DNA of 64,000 bases from Armatimonadota bacterium (lineage in GTDB: Bacteria > Armatimonadota > UBA5829 > DTLH01): contig JBBRAE010000002.1 of NCBI GenBank assembly GCA_038207085.1, positions 141,708-205,707 on the forward strand, in the 5' to 3' direction. Of this stretch, positions 8,970 to 17,004 are shown in pieces; position 1 is the first letter of the stretch; the number at the start of each line of letters is the position of its first letter. Below the pieces are notes generated by a model, which saw nothing but the letters and a program-made list of their open reading frames with translations, ran no database searches and was not told the origin of the DNA. A program made the translations under genes and the position numbers.

Positions 8970-11630
8970 CTAACTGCTAAGAGCTTTCTTTCTCTCCTCA
9001 AGCTTTGCCTTCTTGTCCTCAAGCTCGGCGGCGATTCGCCGCTCTTTGTCGATGACCTCGGCGGGCGCTTTGGAGGTGAACTGCTCATTGGAGAGCTTAC
9101 CCAAACACCTCGCCAAGTCCTTCTCGATTGTTTTTAGCTCCGACTCGATCCTGGCGACTTCTTTTTCGATATCTACCAAGCCCGCGACCGGCAGATACAC
9201 GTCAAACCCCGGCCCGTGGCTTGCCAGATACTGGCTCTTCTCGGTGTCGGGGATGTTCTCTTTTGTCACCTCAAGATTCTCGACCCGGGCAAGCGACCGA
9301 AGTCCCACCGCGTTTGCCTGGAACAGCTCGACCATCTCCGTGACGATCACGGCGTCGACCTTTTTGCCAGGAGTCGCGCCGACCTCAGAGCGAAGGTTTC
9401 GCACCGTGCGGATCGCCTCCATTACCGAGTTCATCTCGGCCTCTGCCGCGTCGCTGATCATCGACTCGTCGGTCTCGGGGAAAGGCGCGACCATGATGCT
9501 CTCGCCCTGGTGGGGAAGCGCCTGCCAGATCTCTTCGGTGATGAAGGGCATGATCGGGTGCAGGAGCCTCATCGAGGTCTCAAGCACGTTCCATAGCACC
9601 CACTGAACCGTTGCCCGCTCTGATTCATCCCTGAGCCGCGGCTTGGCAAGCTCCACATACCAGTCCGCGAACTCGCTCCAAAGGAACTCGTAGAGCGAAC
9701 GCGCCGCGTCGTCCATATCGTAGTTGCCAAAGCCGTCGTTAACGGTTTTTATGACTCTGTTGAGGCGCGAGAGAATCCACCGGTCTTCGAGCTTCAGTTC
9801 ATCGAGTTCGGGCTTTCCGGCCCCCAACCCCTGACCCCCAGCCCCTTCTTCCAGGTTCATCATCACGAATCGGCTCATGTTCCAGATTTTGTTGCCGAAG
9901 TTGCGGGTGTTCTCCACGCGCGAGTCCGAGAAACGCATATCCTGGCCCATCCCCGCCTGCTGGATAAGCGCGTAGCGGAGCGCGTCTGAACCGAAACGCT
10001 CGATCAGGTCGAGCGGGTCGACTCCCGTGCCAAGGGACTTGGACATCCGGCGACCCTCTTCGTTTAGCACCGTGGCGTAGATGTAAACGTCGGGGTAGGG
10101 CACTTCGCCCATAAACTCAAGGCCCTGGAAGATCATCCTCGCGACCCAGAGATAGATGATGTCGCGCGCGGTGATCAGCACGTTTGTGGGGTAGAACGCC
10201 TCAAGCTCGGGGGTCTTTGTGGGCCACCCCAGCGTTGCAAACGGCCAAAGCGCCGAGCTGAACCAGGTGTCGAGCACGTCGGGGTCCTGCTCCATGTTCT
10301 TCGATCCGCACTTCGTGCACGCTTCGACAGCAGACTTCGCAGCGACAAACTCCCCGCAGTCCGCGCACTTCCAGACCGGGATCCTGTGGCCCCACCAAAG
10401 CTGTCGGGAGATGCACCAGTCCTTGATGTTCTCCATCCAATCGAGGTAGATTCGGCTGTAGCGATCAGGGACGAACTTCACGCGCCCGTCCTTCACCGCG
10501 TCGATCGCGGGCTGGGCGAGCTCCTTCATCTTTACAAACCACTGCTCGGACAATAGCGGCTCGATCGTCGTATCACATCGCGAGCAGGTGCCGACTGAGT
10601 GGGTGTAATCATCCACTTTGACCAAGAGCCCCAGCTCTTCAAGCTCCTTTACGACGGCTTTTCGCGCCTCAAAGCGGTCCATACCGGCGAACTTGCCCGC
10701 TTCCTCGGTCATAACGCCGTCGGGTCCGATCACGACGATCTGCGCCAGGTTGTGCCTGATCCCTATCTCAAAGTCGTTGGGGTCATGCGCTGGGGTTACC
10801 TTGACCGCGCCTGAGCCGAACTCCGGGTCTACGTGTGCGTCGTCGACGATGGGGATCGGCCTCTCCATAATCGGGAGCATGATGTCTTTGCCGACCATGC
10901 CCATATAGCGCTGGTCCTCGGGGCTTACGGCGACTGCGGTGTCGCCGAGCATCGTCTCGGGTCGAGTCGTCGCGACCTCGACAAACCCCGAGCCGTCGGC
11001 GAGCGGGTATTTGATGAACCAGAGGTGGCTGTGCTGCTCTTCGTACTCGACCTCAAGGTCAGATATCCCCGTGTGACAGCGCGGGCACCAGTTGACGACT
11101 CGCGCGCCGCGATAGATCACTCCCTTGTTGAACATCTGGACGAACGCCTCAACCACCGCGTCGGCGTAGCCCGCGTCCATCGTGAAGCGTTCGCGCTCCC
11201 AGTCAAATGAGCATCCCAGGCGCTTCAGCTGACGTATGATCGTCCCGCCGTAGTGCTCCTTCCACTCCCAGACCTTTTCCAGAAACTTCTCGCGCCCGAG
11301 GTCGAATCGAGTGAGCCCATCGGCTGCGATCTGCTGCTCGACCTTGTTCTGGGTCGCGATTCCCGCGTGGTCGGTGCCGGGGAGGATGAGCACATCGAAC
11401 CCCTTCATACGCTTCCATCGCCCAAGCACGTCGTGGATCGTGTAGCAGAGCGCATGCCCCATATGAAGCGACCCGGTGACGTTGGGCGGCGGGATCGTGA
11501 TGCAGTACCGCGGCTTGCCAAGCTCGGCCTCGGCGTGAAAATACTTCTGCTCAAGCCAGAAACTATACCATTTTTCCTCTACCTGGAAGGGGTCATACAC
11601 CTTCGGCAGTTTTTCAAGTTCTGTTGACAA
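8970..11630 (-). CDS. valS: Valine--tRNA ligase
   Basis: PPPNVTGSLHMGH, DWCISRQLWWGHRIP, RMSKS, C-terminal coiled coil; TTG start. Confidence 0.98.
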   Translation of the reverse strand: MSTELEKLPKVYDPFQVEEKWYSFWLEQKYFHAEAELGKPRYCITIPPPNVTGSLHMGHALCYTIHDVLGRWKRMKGFDVLILPGTDHAGIATQNKVEQQIAADGLTRFDLGREKFLEKVWEWKEHYGGTIIRQLKRLGCSFDWERERFTMDAGYADAVVEAFVQMFNKGVIYRGARVVNWCPRCHTGISDLEVEYEEQHSHLWFIKYPLADGSGFVEVATTRPETMLGDTAVAVSPEDQRYMGMVGKDIMLPIMERPIPIVDDAHVDPEFGSGAVKVTPAHDPNDFEIGIRHNLAQIVVIGPDGVMTEEAGKFAGMDRFEARKAVVKELEELGLLVKVDDYTHSVGTCSRCDTTIEPLLSEQWFVKMKELAQPAIDAVKDGRVKFVPDRYSRIYLDWMENIKDWCISRQLWWGHRIPVWKCADCGEFVAAKSAVEACTKCGSKNMEQDPDVLDTWFSSALWPFATLGWPTKTPELEAFYPTNVLITARDIIYLWVARMIFQGLEFMGEVPYPDVYIYATVLNEEGRRMSKSLGTGVDPLDLIERFGSDALRYALIQQAGMGQDMRFSDSRVENTRNFGNKIWNMSRFVMMNLEEGAGGQGLGAGKPELDELKLEDRWILSRLNRVIKTVNDGFGNYDMDDAARSLYEFLWSEFADWYVELAKPRLRDESERATVQWVLWNVLETSMRLLHPIMPFITEEIWQALPHQGESIMVAPFPETDESMISDAAEAEMNSVMEAIRTVRNLRSEVGATPGKKVDAVIVTEMVELFQANAVGLRSLARVENLEVTKENIPDTEKSQYLASHGPGFDVYLPVAGLVDIEKEVARIESELKTIEKDLARCLGKLSNEQFTSKAPAEVIDKERRIAAELEDKKAKLEERKKALSS

Positions 11631-11718
11631 TTATATCCTCCGTTGGAGCTGAGAGCTTTCGGCTTTCAGCGATCAGTTATGTCAAATTTAGAATATCAAC
11701 CCTCTTGTGATGCTTCGG

Positions 11719-12261
11719 CTAGTCTTGGTCTACTTCATCGCGGCCAGCACGTGCGATTCCAATCAAAGTCGCACCTGCGATAACACTCAAAAGCACAGAC
11801 AGCAGCTTCCAAGGCAGCACCCACACTGTTATCGAGTTCACCGGCATGCGGGAGAATCCCCCAGCAATCGTGTAGTTGCCCCATTTCCGGTATTCTTTTC
11901 TGCCCCACGGGATCGTGGTGGTTTCTCCCGGAGCCAGGTCGATCATATTCTCGGGTGTGAACATTTCTCCTATTTCCTCCGCGTAGGCCCTGCCAAGATA
12001 GGCCTGCCTCATTCCTGAGTAGAACCCACTCTGGAACCTGGTAATGTAGCGTCCGAAATTTCTGAGCTCAACGATAAACGCCAACTCGGCGCCGGGGTCC
12101 ACGTAATTGCGGCTGCAAACCAACCGAGCGCACACGCTTCCATAACGCGACTGCTTCCACTGACCTGCCACGCTGGATTTCGGCGGACCCGCAATCGTCA
12201 GGAACAGTCCAATAAGCAGTAACACGACTAGCAGTGCCTGCACAAGATGTTGCCTAACCAT
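11719..12261 (-). CDS. Hypothetical membrane protein (N- and C-terminal hydrophobic helices)
   Basis: ATG 12261 lies just after the T-box terminator (MVRQHLVQALLVVLLLIGLFLTIAG...). The longer track ORF runs through the riboswitch. Confidence 0.65.
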   Translation of the reverse strand: MVRQHLVQALLVVLLLIGLFLTIAGPPKSSVAGQWKQSRYGSVCARLVCSRNYVDPGAELAFIVELRNFGRYITRFQSGFYSGMRQAYLGRAYAEEIGEMFTPENMIDLAPGETTTIPWGRKEYRKWGNYTIAGGFSRMPVNSITVWVLPWKLLSVLLSVIAGATLIGIARAGRDEVDQD

Positions 12262-12280
12262 AGTTGAACCCCCTATATAC

Positions 12281-12611
12281 AAAAAGCCCCACTCGTCCCT
12301 GTGATCAACAAGGACGAGAGGGGCCTCTCGTGGTACCACCTTGGTTCCCGATGCTTTTCGCACCGGCTCAAATTAGGGCTGTAACGGGCCAACCCGGCGA
12401 ATCCTACCCTGCTAACCGCTAACCTGCATTATTCACGAGAAGCGTGAATAATGCTCTCTTAGCAAGAGCTTTATTCGCTTCACGAATAAAGTGGGCTAAC
12501 AGCTCAAACCCGCGGCTCCGGGGCGACTTTCGAGCGATGCCCTGTCGGGAGATTTCCAGCTTCCTCTCCTTCTCTGGGACCGGCTATTCGCCTACTCCTC
12601 CCCATCAACGC
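12281..12611 (-). ncRNA. T-box riboswitch, Val (GUC) specifier
   Basis: Stem I GCGTTGATGGGGAGGAGTAG..AGAGA..GCTGG..GAAAGTCGCCCC (specifier GTC 12525-12527); CCGTTA element; T box AAGGTGGTACCACG 12329-12342; terminator hairpin plus U run at 12281-12285; valS downstream. Confidence 0.92.
12423..12495 (+). mobile_element. 73-bp double-hairpin MITE-like element, copy 1 (inside the T-box leader)
   Basis: CTAA direct repeats at 12419-12422 and 12496-12499; ends CCTGCATTATTC / GAATAAAGTGGG. Confidence 0.85.
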
Positions 12612-12821
12612 CTATTTTATGTTATCAAATTCTTCGCGAGATATTCCCGCATCCCGCAGGATACGATAGAGTAGCCCGTCTTCTATGTCACTCCCATGCG
12701 GATTGGGAATAGCTATCTTGTGGGTTCCGCGCATCATAAATGGATGCCTGCTACCAGGTTTCGGCCCTACGTATCCAAGCAGTTTGAGGCGTCGTATGAA
12801 CTCTCGGCGACTGATAGGCAA
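12612..12821 (-). CDS. hicA: HicA-family toxin (mRNA interferase)
   Basis: ISRREFIRRLKLLGY..GSRH..M....IAIPNPHG.DI..GLL.RILRDAGIS. Confidence 0.9.
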   Translation of the reverse strand: MPISRREFIRRLKLLGYVGPKPGSRHPFMMRGTHKIAIPNPHGSDIEDGLLYRILRDAGISREEFDNIK

Positions 12822-12822
12822 T

Positions 12823-13071
12823 CTATGCGGCCTCAGTTTGAGCCTTCTCGTTTAGGTCGAGACCATCTATGACGGGTATCTCGTGTCCGAGCCTGACCCC
12901 AAGTAGAAGCCAATCCTCAATCACTTCTCGCAAAGTCTCTCGACACTGTTCAAGGGTATCCCCATCAGCCCAAGCACCCTGAAGAGCAGGAACGTGACCG
13001 TAGAACCGGCCATCTTCCATAATCTCGTAGTGAGCTTGTTTCATAGCAGCCTGAACGTAATCGGTAAACAT
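12823..13071 (-). CDS. hicB: HicB-family antitoxin (short, no DNA-binding tail)
   Basis: FYGHVPALQGAWADGDTLEQCRETLREVIEDWL; GGAGG RBS before ATG 13071. Confidence 0.9.
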   Translation of the reverse strand: MFTDYVQAAMKQAHYEIMEDGRFYGHVPALQGAWADGDTLEQCRETLREVIEDWLLLGVRLGHEIPVIDGLDLNEKAQTEAA

Positions 13072-13095
13072 ATTGGCCTCCGCGCAACTCACACC

Positions 13096-13124
13096 ATTTT
13101 ACCCCGATATCCCCCGCTTGTAAA
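13096..13124 (-). promoter_or_regulatory. Sigma70-like promoter TTTACA-N17-TAAAAT upstream of hicB
   Basis: Minus strand TTTACA AGCGGGGGATATCGGGG TAAAAT. Confidence 0.6.
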
Positions 13125-13143
13125 TGGCCCGTACATTGCTTAG

Positions 13144-13216
13144 CCCGCTTTATTCGTGAAGCGAATAAAGCTTTCGCTAACAGAGCATTATTCACGCTAC
13201 TCGTGAATAATGCGGG
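13144..13216 (-). mobile_element. 73-bp MITE-like element, copy 2
   Basis: TTAG direct repeats at 13140-13143 and 13217-13220; reverse complement of copy 1 with a few substitutions. Confidence 0.85.
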
Positions 13217-13287
13217 TTAGGGCGACAAGCGATATTCTGCTTGCCGCCCCGCTGTTCTCCAGTCTAATCCCTTGGTGCGTCTGAATG

Positions 13288-14247
13288 TTATGCGGATATC
13301 CTCAGATCGAGTTCCACGTCCTCAAGACAACACGCCACGAGCTCTTCCATGGTCGTCGTTCCTACGCAGATGCAGGTGTCGCCTGCGCCGTAGAATACCT
13401 TGACCCCTCCGTTGTGGCGGTTGGGGACCGCTCCGCAGGAGAAGACGACGTTTCCGATGTCGCCGATGCGCTCGTAATACTCACGGGGCGCAAGCACCGG
13501 CACGGCGGAGCGGCCGATTACCTTGGACGGGTCCTCAAGATCGAGGAGCACGACGCCCAGGCGATAAACGGGACCGCCGGAGGTGCATTTTACACCGTGA
13601 TAGATCTCAAGCCAACCCTGAGGGGTCTCGATGGGAGGGGCGCTCGCGCCGATCCGCTCGGAGTCCCAGAACCCGCCGCGGATGGTCATCACGCAGCGAG
13701 AATCACCCCAGTGCTTGAGGTCGTTTGAGTAAGAAATCCAGATGTTGCCCAGGCCGCCGGCGAGCGGCCGGTCAAGGCGAGCAAATCTGCCGTTGATCTT
13801 TCTTGGGAAAAGCGCCCCGTCCTTGTTCTCCGGCTCGGAGATAAGGCCGTACCGCTTGAACTTCTTGAAGTCCTTGGTGCTTGCCAGCGCAAGGCATGCG
13901 CCAAAGCAGGAGTAGGCCGTATACATGATGTAATAGGTCCCCTCGCAATAGCTGATGCGGGGGTCCTCGATACCACGCTGCTCGTAGCTCTTGAACGGCT
14001 CCTCTTCAGACGGCTGCATCGCAGGAAGCGGGTCCACTACGAAATGGAACCCGTCTTTGCTGCGGGCGAGGGCGAACACGGAGCGACCCTTCAGGTCCTC
14101 CACTCTAAGCAGCAACAGGTAATCTTCTTCGAACATCACGGCGCCGGCGTTGAACACCGAATTACACCGAAAGGGAATGTCCTCCACGGTGATCATGGGG
14201 TTCCCTTCCCATCGATGTATAACGTCTCGTCCTGAAATCCTCGGCAT
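13288..14247 (-). CDS. GH130 glycoside phosphorylase/hydrolase (beta-mannoside type)
   Basis: VFNAGA, GIEDPR, ENKD, LEIYHG, YERIGDIGNVVFSCG, YGAGDT. Confidence 0.92.
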   Translation of the reverse strand: MPRISGRDVIHRWEGNPMITVEDIPFRCNSVFNAGAVMFEEDYLLLLRVEDLKGRSVFALARSKDGFHFVVDPLPAMQPSEEEPFKSYEQRGIEDPRISYCEGTYYIMYTAYSCFGACLALASTKDFKKFKRYGLISEPENKDGALFPRKINGRFARLDRPLAGGLGNIWISYSNDLKHWGDSRCVMTIRGGFWDSERIGASAPPIETPQGWLEIYHGVKCTSGGPVYRLGVVLLDLEDPSKVIGRSAVPVLAPREYYERIGDIGNVVFSCGAVPNRHNGGVKVFYGAGDTCICVGTTTMEELVACCLEDVELDLRISA

Positions 14248-14629
14248 CTTTCTGACCTCTCCTTCTAATGGTCGGCGTCCGCGGGGTTATCCGCGTCGCA
14301 AAACTTGTTTATGTTAATATCTTCCGTAATTTCGCCGGGTGGCTTACTATTGTTATCGGGAAAGACCCCCGTATTTCTTTATGGTAATTATCGACGAGCT
14401 TGCTAAACAATTTCGTGCTATAATTTTGAGTGAGGGTGTTAAATATTGCCCTCTTGGCGCCGCCACACGGATGACCGAGACGACGACATCTGCGTAGATC
14501 ACGCCCGGGGGAAAGAAGCCGACGTTGGATAGACCCGAACCTCGCCCAGCAAAAGAACGGTTGCAAGTCGAACGTGCAACGCAGTAAGATTTGAAGTACA
14601 ATACAAACGCATCGAGGAGGATACATACA

Positions 14630-15220
14630 TTGAACAAGAAACTCACAATCGCGCTCGCCGCAGTGGTGGGCATTTCAGGGCTTGCCGCAGTGGCCCAGAC
14701 CGATCCGAACACGCAGCCGGGGCCGCCGCCACAGCGCATGATGGGGCCTGCGTGTCCGACATCGGCGCTTATGGTGCCGCCGCCCATGTTCACTGAACGG
14801 GCTCCGAGCATTCTACAGCTCTCCGAAGCCCAGCGTATACAGCTAAAGGATATTCTGACCAAAGCGCAGGAGTCCCTGAAGCCGCTCCGCGAGTCGGCGT
14901 CCAAGGCATCGGGCGAGCTACGTGACGCGGTCATGGCCCCTGAGTCCGATGCTGCGAAGGTCCAGTCGCTCAAGGAAACTGCAATGAAGAGCGAGGCCGA
15001 TGTTCTCAATATGGAGATAGGCATCTGGACCAAGTTCAAGGCGGTCTTGAACGCAGAGCAGCTCATGATGTACACGAACCTGTTCCGCCCCACTCCCAGG
15101 CAGAGCCCTCCTCCCGTAGGCGGCACGCCGGGGCAGCAGTCGCCTGGAATCACAGGCAAGGTAGACCCGAACTCCCAGCCCGTGCCGGTGGAGCCCCCTC
15201 CTCCAGCACCTGGTCAGTAA
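14630..15220 (+). CDS. Spy/CpxP-like periplasmic protein
   Basis: GAGGAGG RBS before TTG 14630; signal peptide; LQLSEAQ and VLNAEQ (LTxxQ-like) motifs; Pro-rich tails. Confidence 0.75.
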   Translation: MNKKLTIALAAVVGISGLAAVAQTDPNTQPGPPPQRMMGPACPTSALMVPPPMFTERAPSILQLSEAQRIQLKDILTKAQESLKPLRESASKASGELRDAVMAPESDAAKVQSLKETAMKSEADVLNMEIGIWTKFKAVLNAEQLMMYTNLFRPTPRQSPPPVGGTPGQQSPGITGKVDPNSQPVPVEPPPPAPGQ

Positions 15221-15228
15221 TCAGTAAT

Positions 15229-15270
15229 AACAAAAGAGGCGTCGACCATGCGGCCTACGCCTCTTTTGTT
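15229..15270. terminator. Bidirectional terminator-like hairpin
   Basis: AACAAAAGAGGCGT...ACGCCTCTTTTGTT between convergent genes. Confidence 0.7.
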
Positions 15271-15289
15271 GCAAATCCAATAACGCGGG

Positions 15290-16297
15290 CTAAACGACCA
15301 GCACCCTCTCACCTTTTTTGGAGCTTTCCATCGCCGCAAAGACCATCGCAAGCGACTTGATGTTGTCGTGGCACTCGGTCTGGGGTTTCTTGCCGGTCCG
15401 CAGGAAGTCGAGCATCTCGCGGAGCGCTCCGTGCTGCGCCCCGAACTCGAGGTTGGACTGGGTGATCTGCGCATCGGCAAGCTGCCTGGTGAAACCTTCG
15501 TCGCTCGTGACGACTTGTCCCCGTGGGTCGTTGTCGTGCTCGTAGATCAGTGTTCCCAAGTCACCGATGATCCTCCAGTCGCCGTTCCAGCTCGTGTGGC
15601 AGCCCTCGGCGCACCAGCTCCCCCTGTAGGTGAACACCACGCCGTCGGTCATCTCAAAGATACAGCTTGCGGCGACGTCGCCTTTATACCAGGAGCCTTT
15701 GGGGTTAAACTCGTGAGCGTAGACGGCGACTGGGTCGAGCCCGGTCATAAAGCGCACGAGGTCGAAGTGGTGGATCGCCATATCGAGAATAAGCGGGCTC
15801 GGCATCTCGTCGCGGAACCCTCCGAAGTGCGCGCCGATGTAAAAGTCGCAGTTGGCGGTGGTGATCGATCCGAACTCACCGGACTCCACCGTCAGGCGGA
15901 TGGTATCGTGCTTGGCGTCCCACCTGCGCGACTGGCCGACCATATACATAAGCCCGGTTTCTTCGGCGGTTTTCACCATCCGGCGCGCTTCGTCCATACT
16001 GTTTGCCATCGGTTTTTCGCCGATGACATGGCACCCAGCCTGCAGCGCGGTGCATGTGACCTCGCAGTGGGCATCGGGAATGGTGACGTCGACTACAAAG
16101 TCGGGTTTGGTGTCATCAAGCGCCGACTTCAAGTCACTTGAGGCAATCGCCTGCAGATTGAACTGCGCGATCTTATCCTTGGCCGCATCAACGTTGATAT
16201 CGACGACGCCGACGACCTCGATGCCTTCCTTTTCAAGCACAGAAAACCATGCGTGTGACATGCCCCCCGCGCCGATAACTAAAGCTTTCTCGCTCAA
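15290..16297 (-). CDS. Gfo/Idh/MocA oxidoreductase
   Basis: VIGAGGM Rossmann motif, HVIGEKPMA, DMAIHHFD. Confidence 0.92.
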   Translation of the reverse strand: MSEKALVIGAGGMSHAWFSVLEKEGIEVVGVVDINVDAAKDKIAQFNLQAIASSDLKSALDDTKPDFVVDVTIPDAHCEVTCTALQAGCHVIGEKPMANSMDEARRMVKTAEETGLMYMVGQSRRWDAKHDTIRLTVESGEFGSITTANCDFYIGAHFGGFRDEMPSPLILDMAIHHFDLVRFMTGLDPVAVYAHEFNPKGSWYKGDVAASCIFEMTDGVVFTYRGSWCAEGCHTSWNGDWRIIGDLGTLIYEHDNDPRGQVVTSDEGFTRQLADAQITQSNLEFGAQHGALREMLDFLRTGKKPQTECHDNIKSLAMVFAAMESSKKGERVLVV

Positions 16298-16421
16298 AAT
16301 TTGTGCTCCTAACTAGTGCACGCTAGAACTTAATCCTGCGCGTATGCCGCAGCATGTGTTTTCGCGTGCGAGGCCTTGTAGATAGATGTGTGGAATCTAA
16401 CACATATAGGTTAATCCAACA

Positions 16422-16678
16422 CTAGCGATAAATATCTCGCCTGTGACCTATGCGCAAAACAGTGACTGATGGCTCCAAATCGTCTATGTCGTAGATGACT
16501 CGGTAGTCGCCGATGCGGAGTCGCCAACCATCGCGTCCAACCAGTTGGCGAGATTGTGGCGGCCGTGGATCATTCGCAAGGGCAAAAATGGACTCCTTGA
16601 CCCTTATATAGACTTTCGCAGGCAGATCGGCAAGCTCTTCCGCGCTCTGCGCGTTACAAGTAATCGATGCTGGCTCAC
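16422..16678 (-). pseudogene. relE: RelE/ParE-family toxin with a 1-bp deletion frameshift
   Basis: GTG overlaps the antitoxin TGA. MSQHRLLVTRRA then a frame switch to EELADLPAKVYIRVKESIFALANDPRPPQSRQLVGRDGWRLRIGDYRVIYDIDD..VTVLRIGHRRDIYR*. Span is 257 nt, not a multiple of 3. Confidence 0.85.
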
Positions 16679-16878
16679 TTCTTCGAGTGCTCTATCTCTT
16701 CGATGGCCTGGTCAAATGGGATGATTTCGTCTTTGCAGGCTTTTGCCTCGTCGTACGCGCGGACCGACTGTAGTTCATCTATCTGATCGAGCATTCTTTG
16801 GTATTCTGCGCTGTCCAGAATCACACTGACCCGTTTTCCATTTTCATTGACTATAAACTTCTCTTTGGATCTAGGCAT
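16675..16878 (-). CDS. Type II antitoxin paired with relE
   Basis: FIVNENGKRVSVILDSAEYQRMLDQIDELQSVRAYDEAK..IPFDQAIEEIE; GGAGG RBS before ATG 16878. Confidence 0.8.
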   Translation of the reverse strand: MPRSKEKFIVNENGKRVSVILDSAEYQRMLDQIDELQSVRAYDEAKACKDEIIPFDQAIEEIEHSKK

Positions 16879-16944
16879 TGCCAAACCCTCCAACGCGGAC
16901 ATTGTAGCACAACGCTACAGATCACACAACGAAATATTTGCTAT

Positions 16945-17004
16945 CCCGCTTTATTCGTGAAGCGAATAAAGCTTTCTATTCACGCTCCTCGTGAATAATG
17001 CAGG
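16945..17004 (-). mobile_element. MITE-like element, copy 3 (60 bp, central deletion), inserted at the GH94 stop codon
   Basis: CTAT direct repeats at 16941-16944 and 17005-17008; 17005-17007 is the TAG of the GH94 gene. Confidence 0.8.

Noticed and set aside
12444..13195. Two short ORFs starting MNNALLA(R/K)ALFASRIK
   Set aside because: They are translations of the MITE sequence, not genes
12419..13220. Composite transposon of two inverted MITEs carrying hicBA
   Set aside because: Each copy has its own 4-bp duplication and the interval includes Stem I of the native T-box, so independent insertions fit better
13172..13222. Integron attC site (CTAAC...GTTAG hairpin next to TA genes)
   Set aside because: Only ~47 bp, no extrahelical bases or L boxes, no cassette array and no integrase in the window
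14430..14625. Riboswitch in the long leader of the Spy/CpxP-like gene
   Set aside because: No recognisable aptamer consensus or terminator by eye
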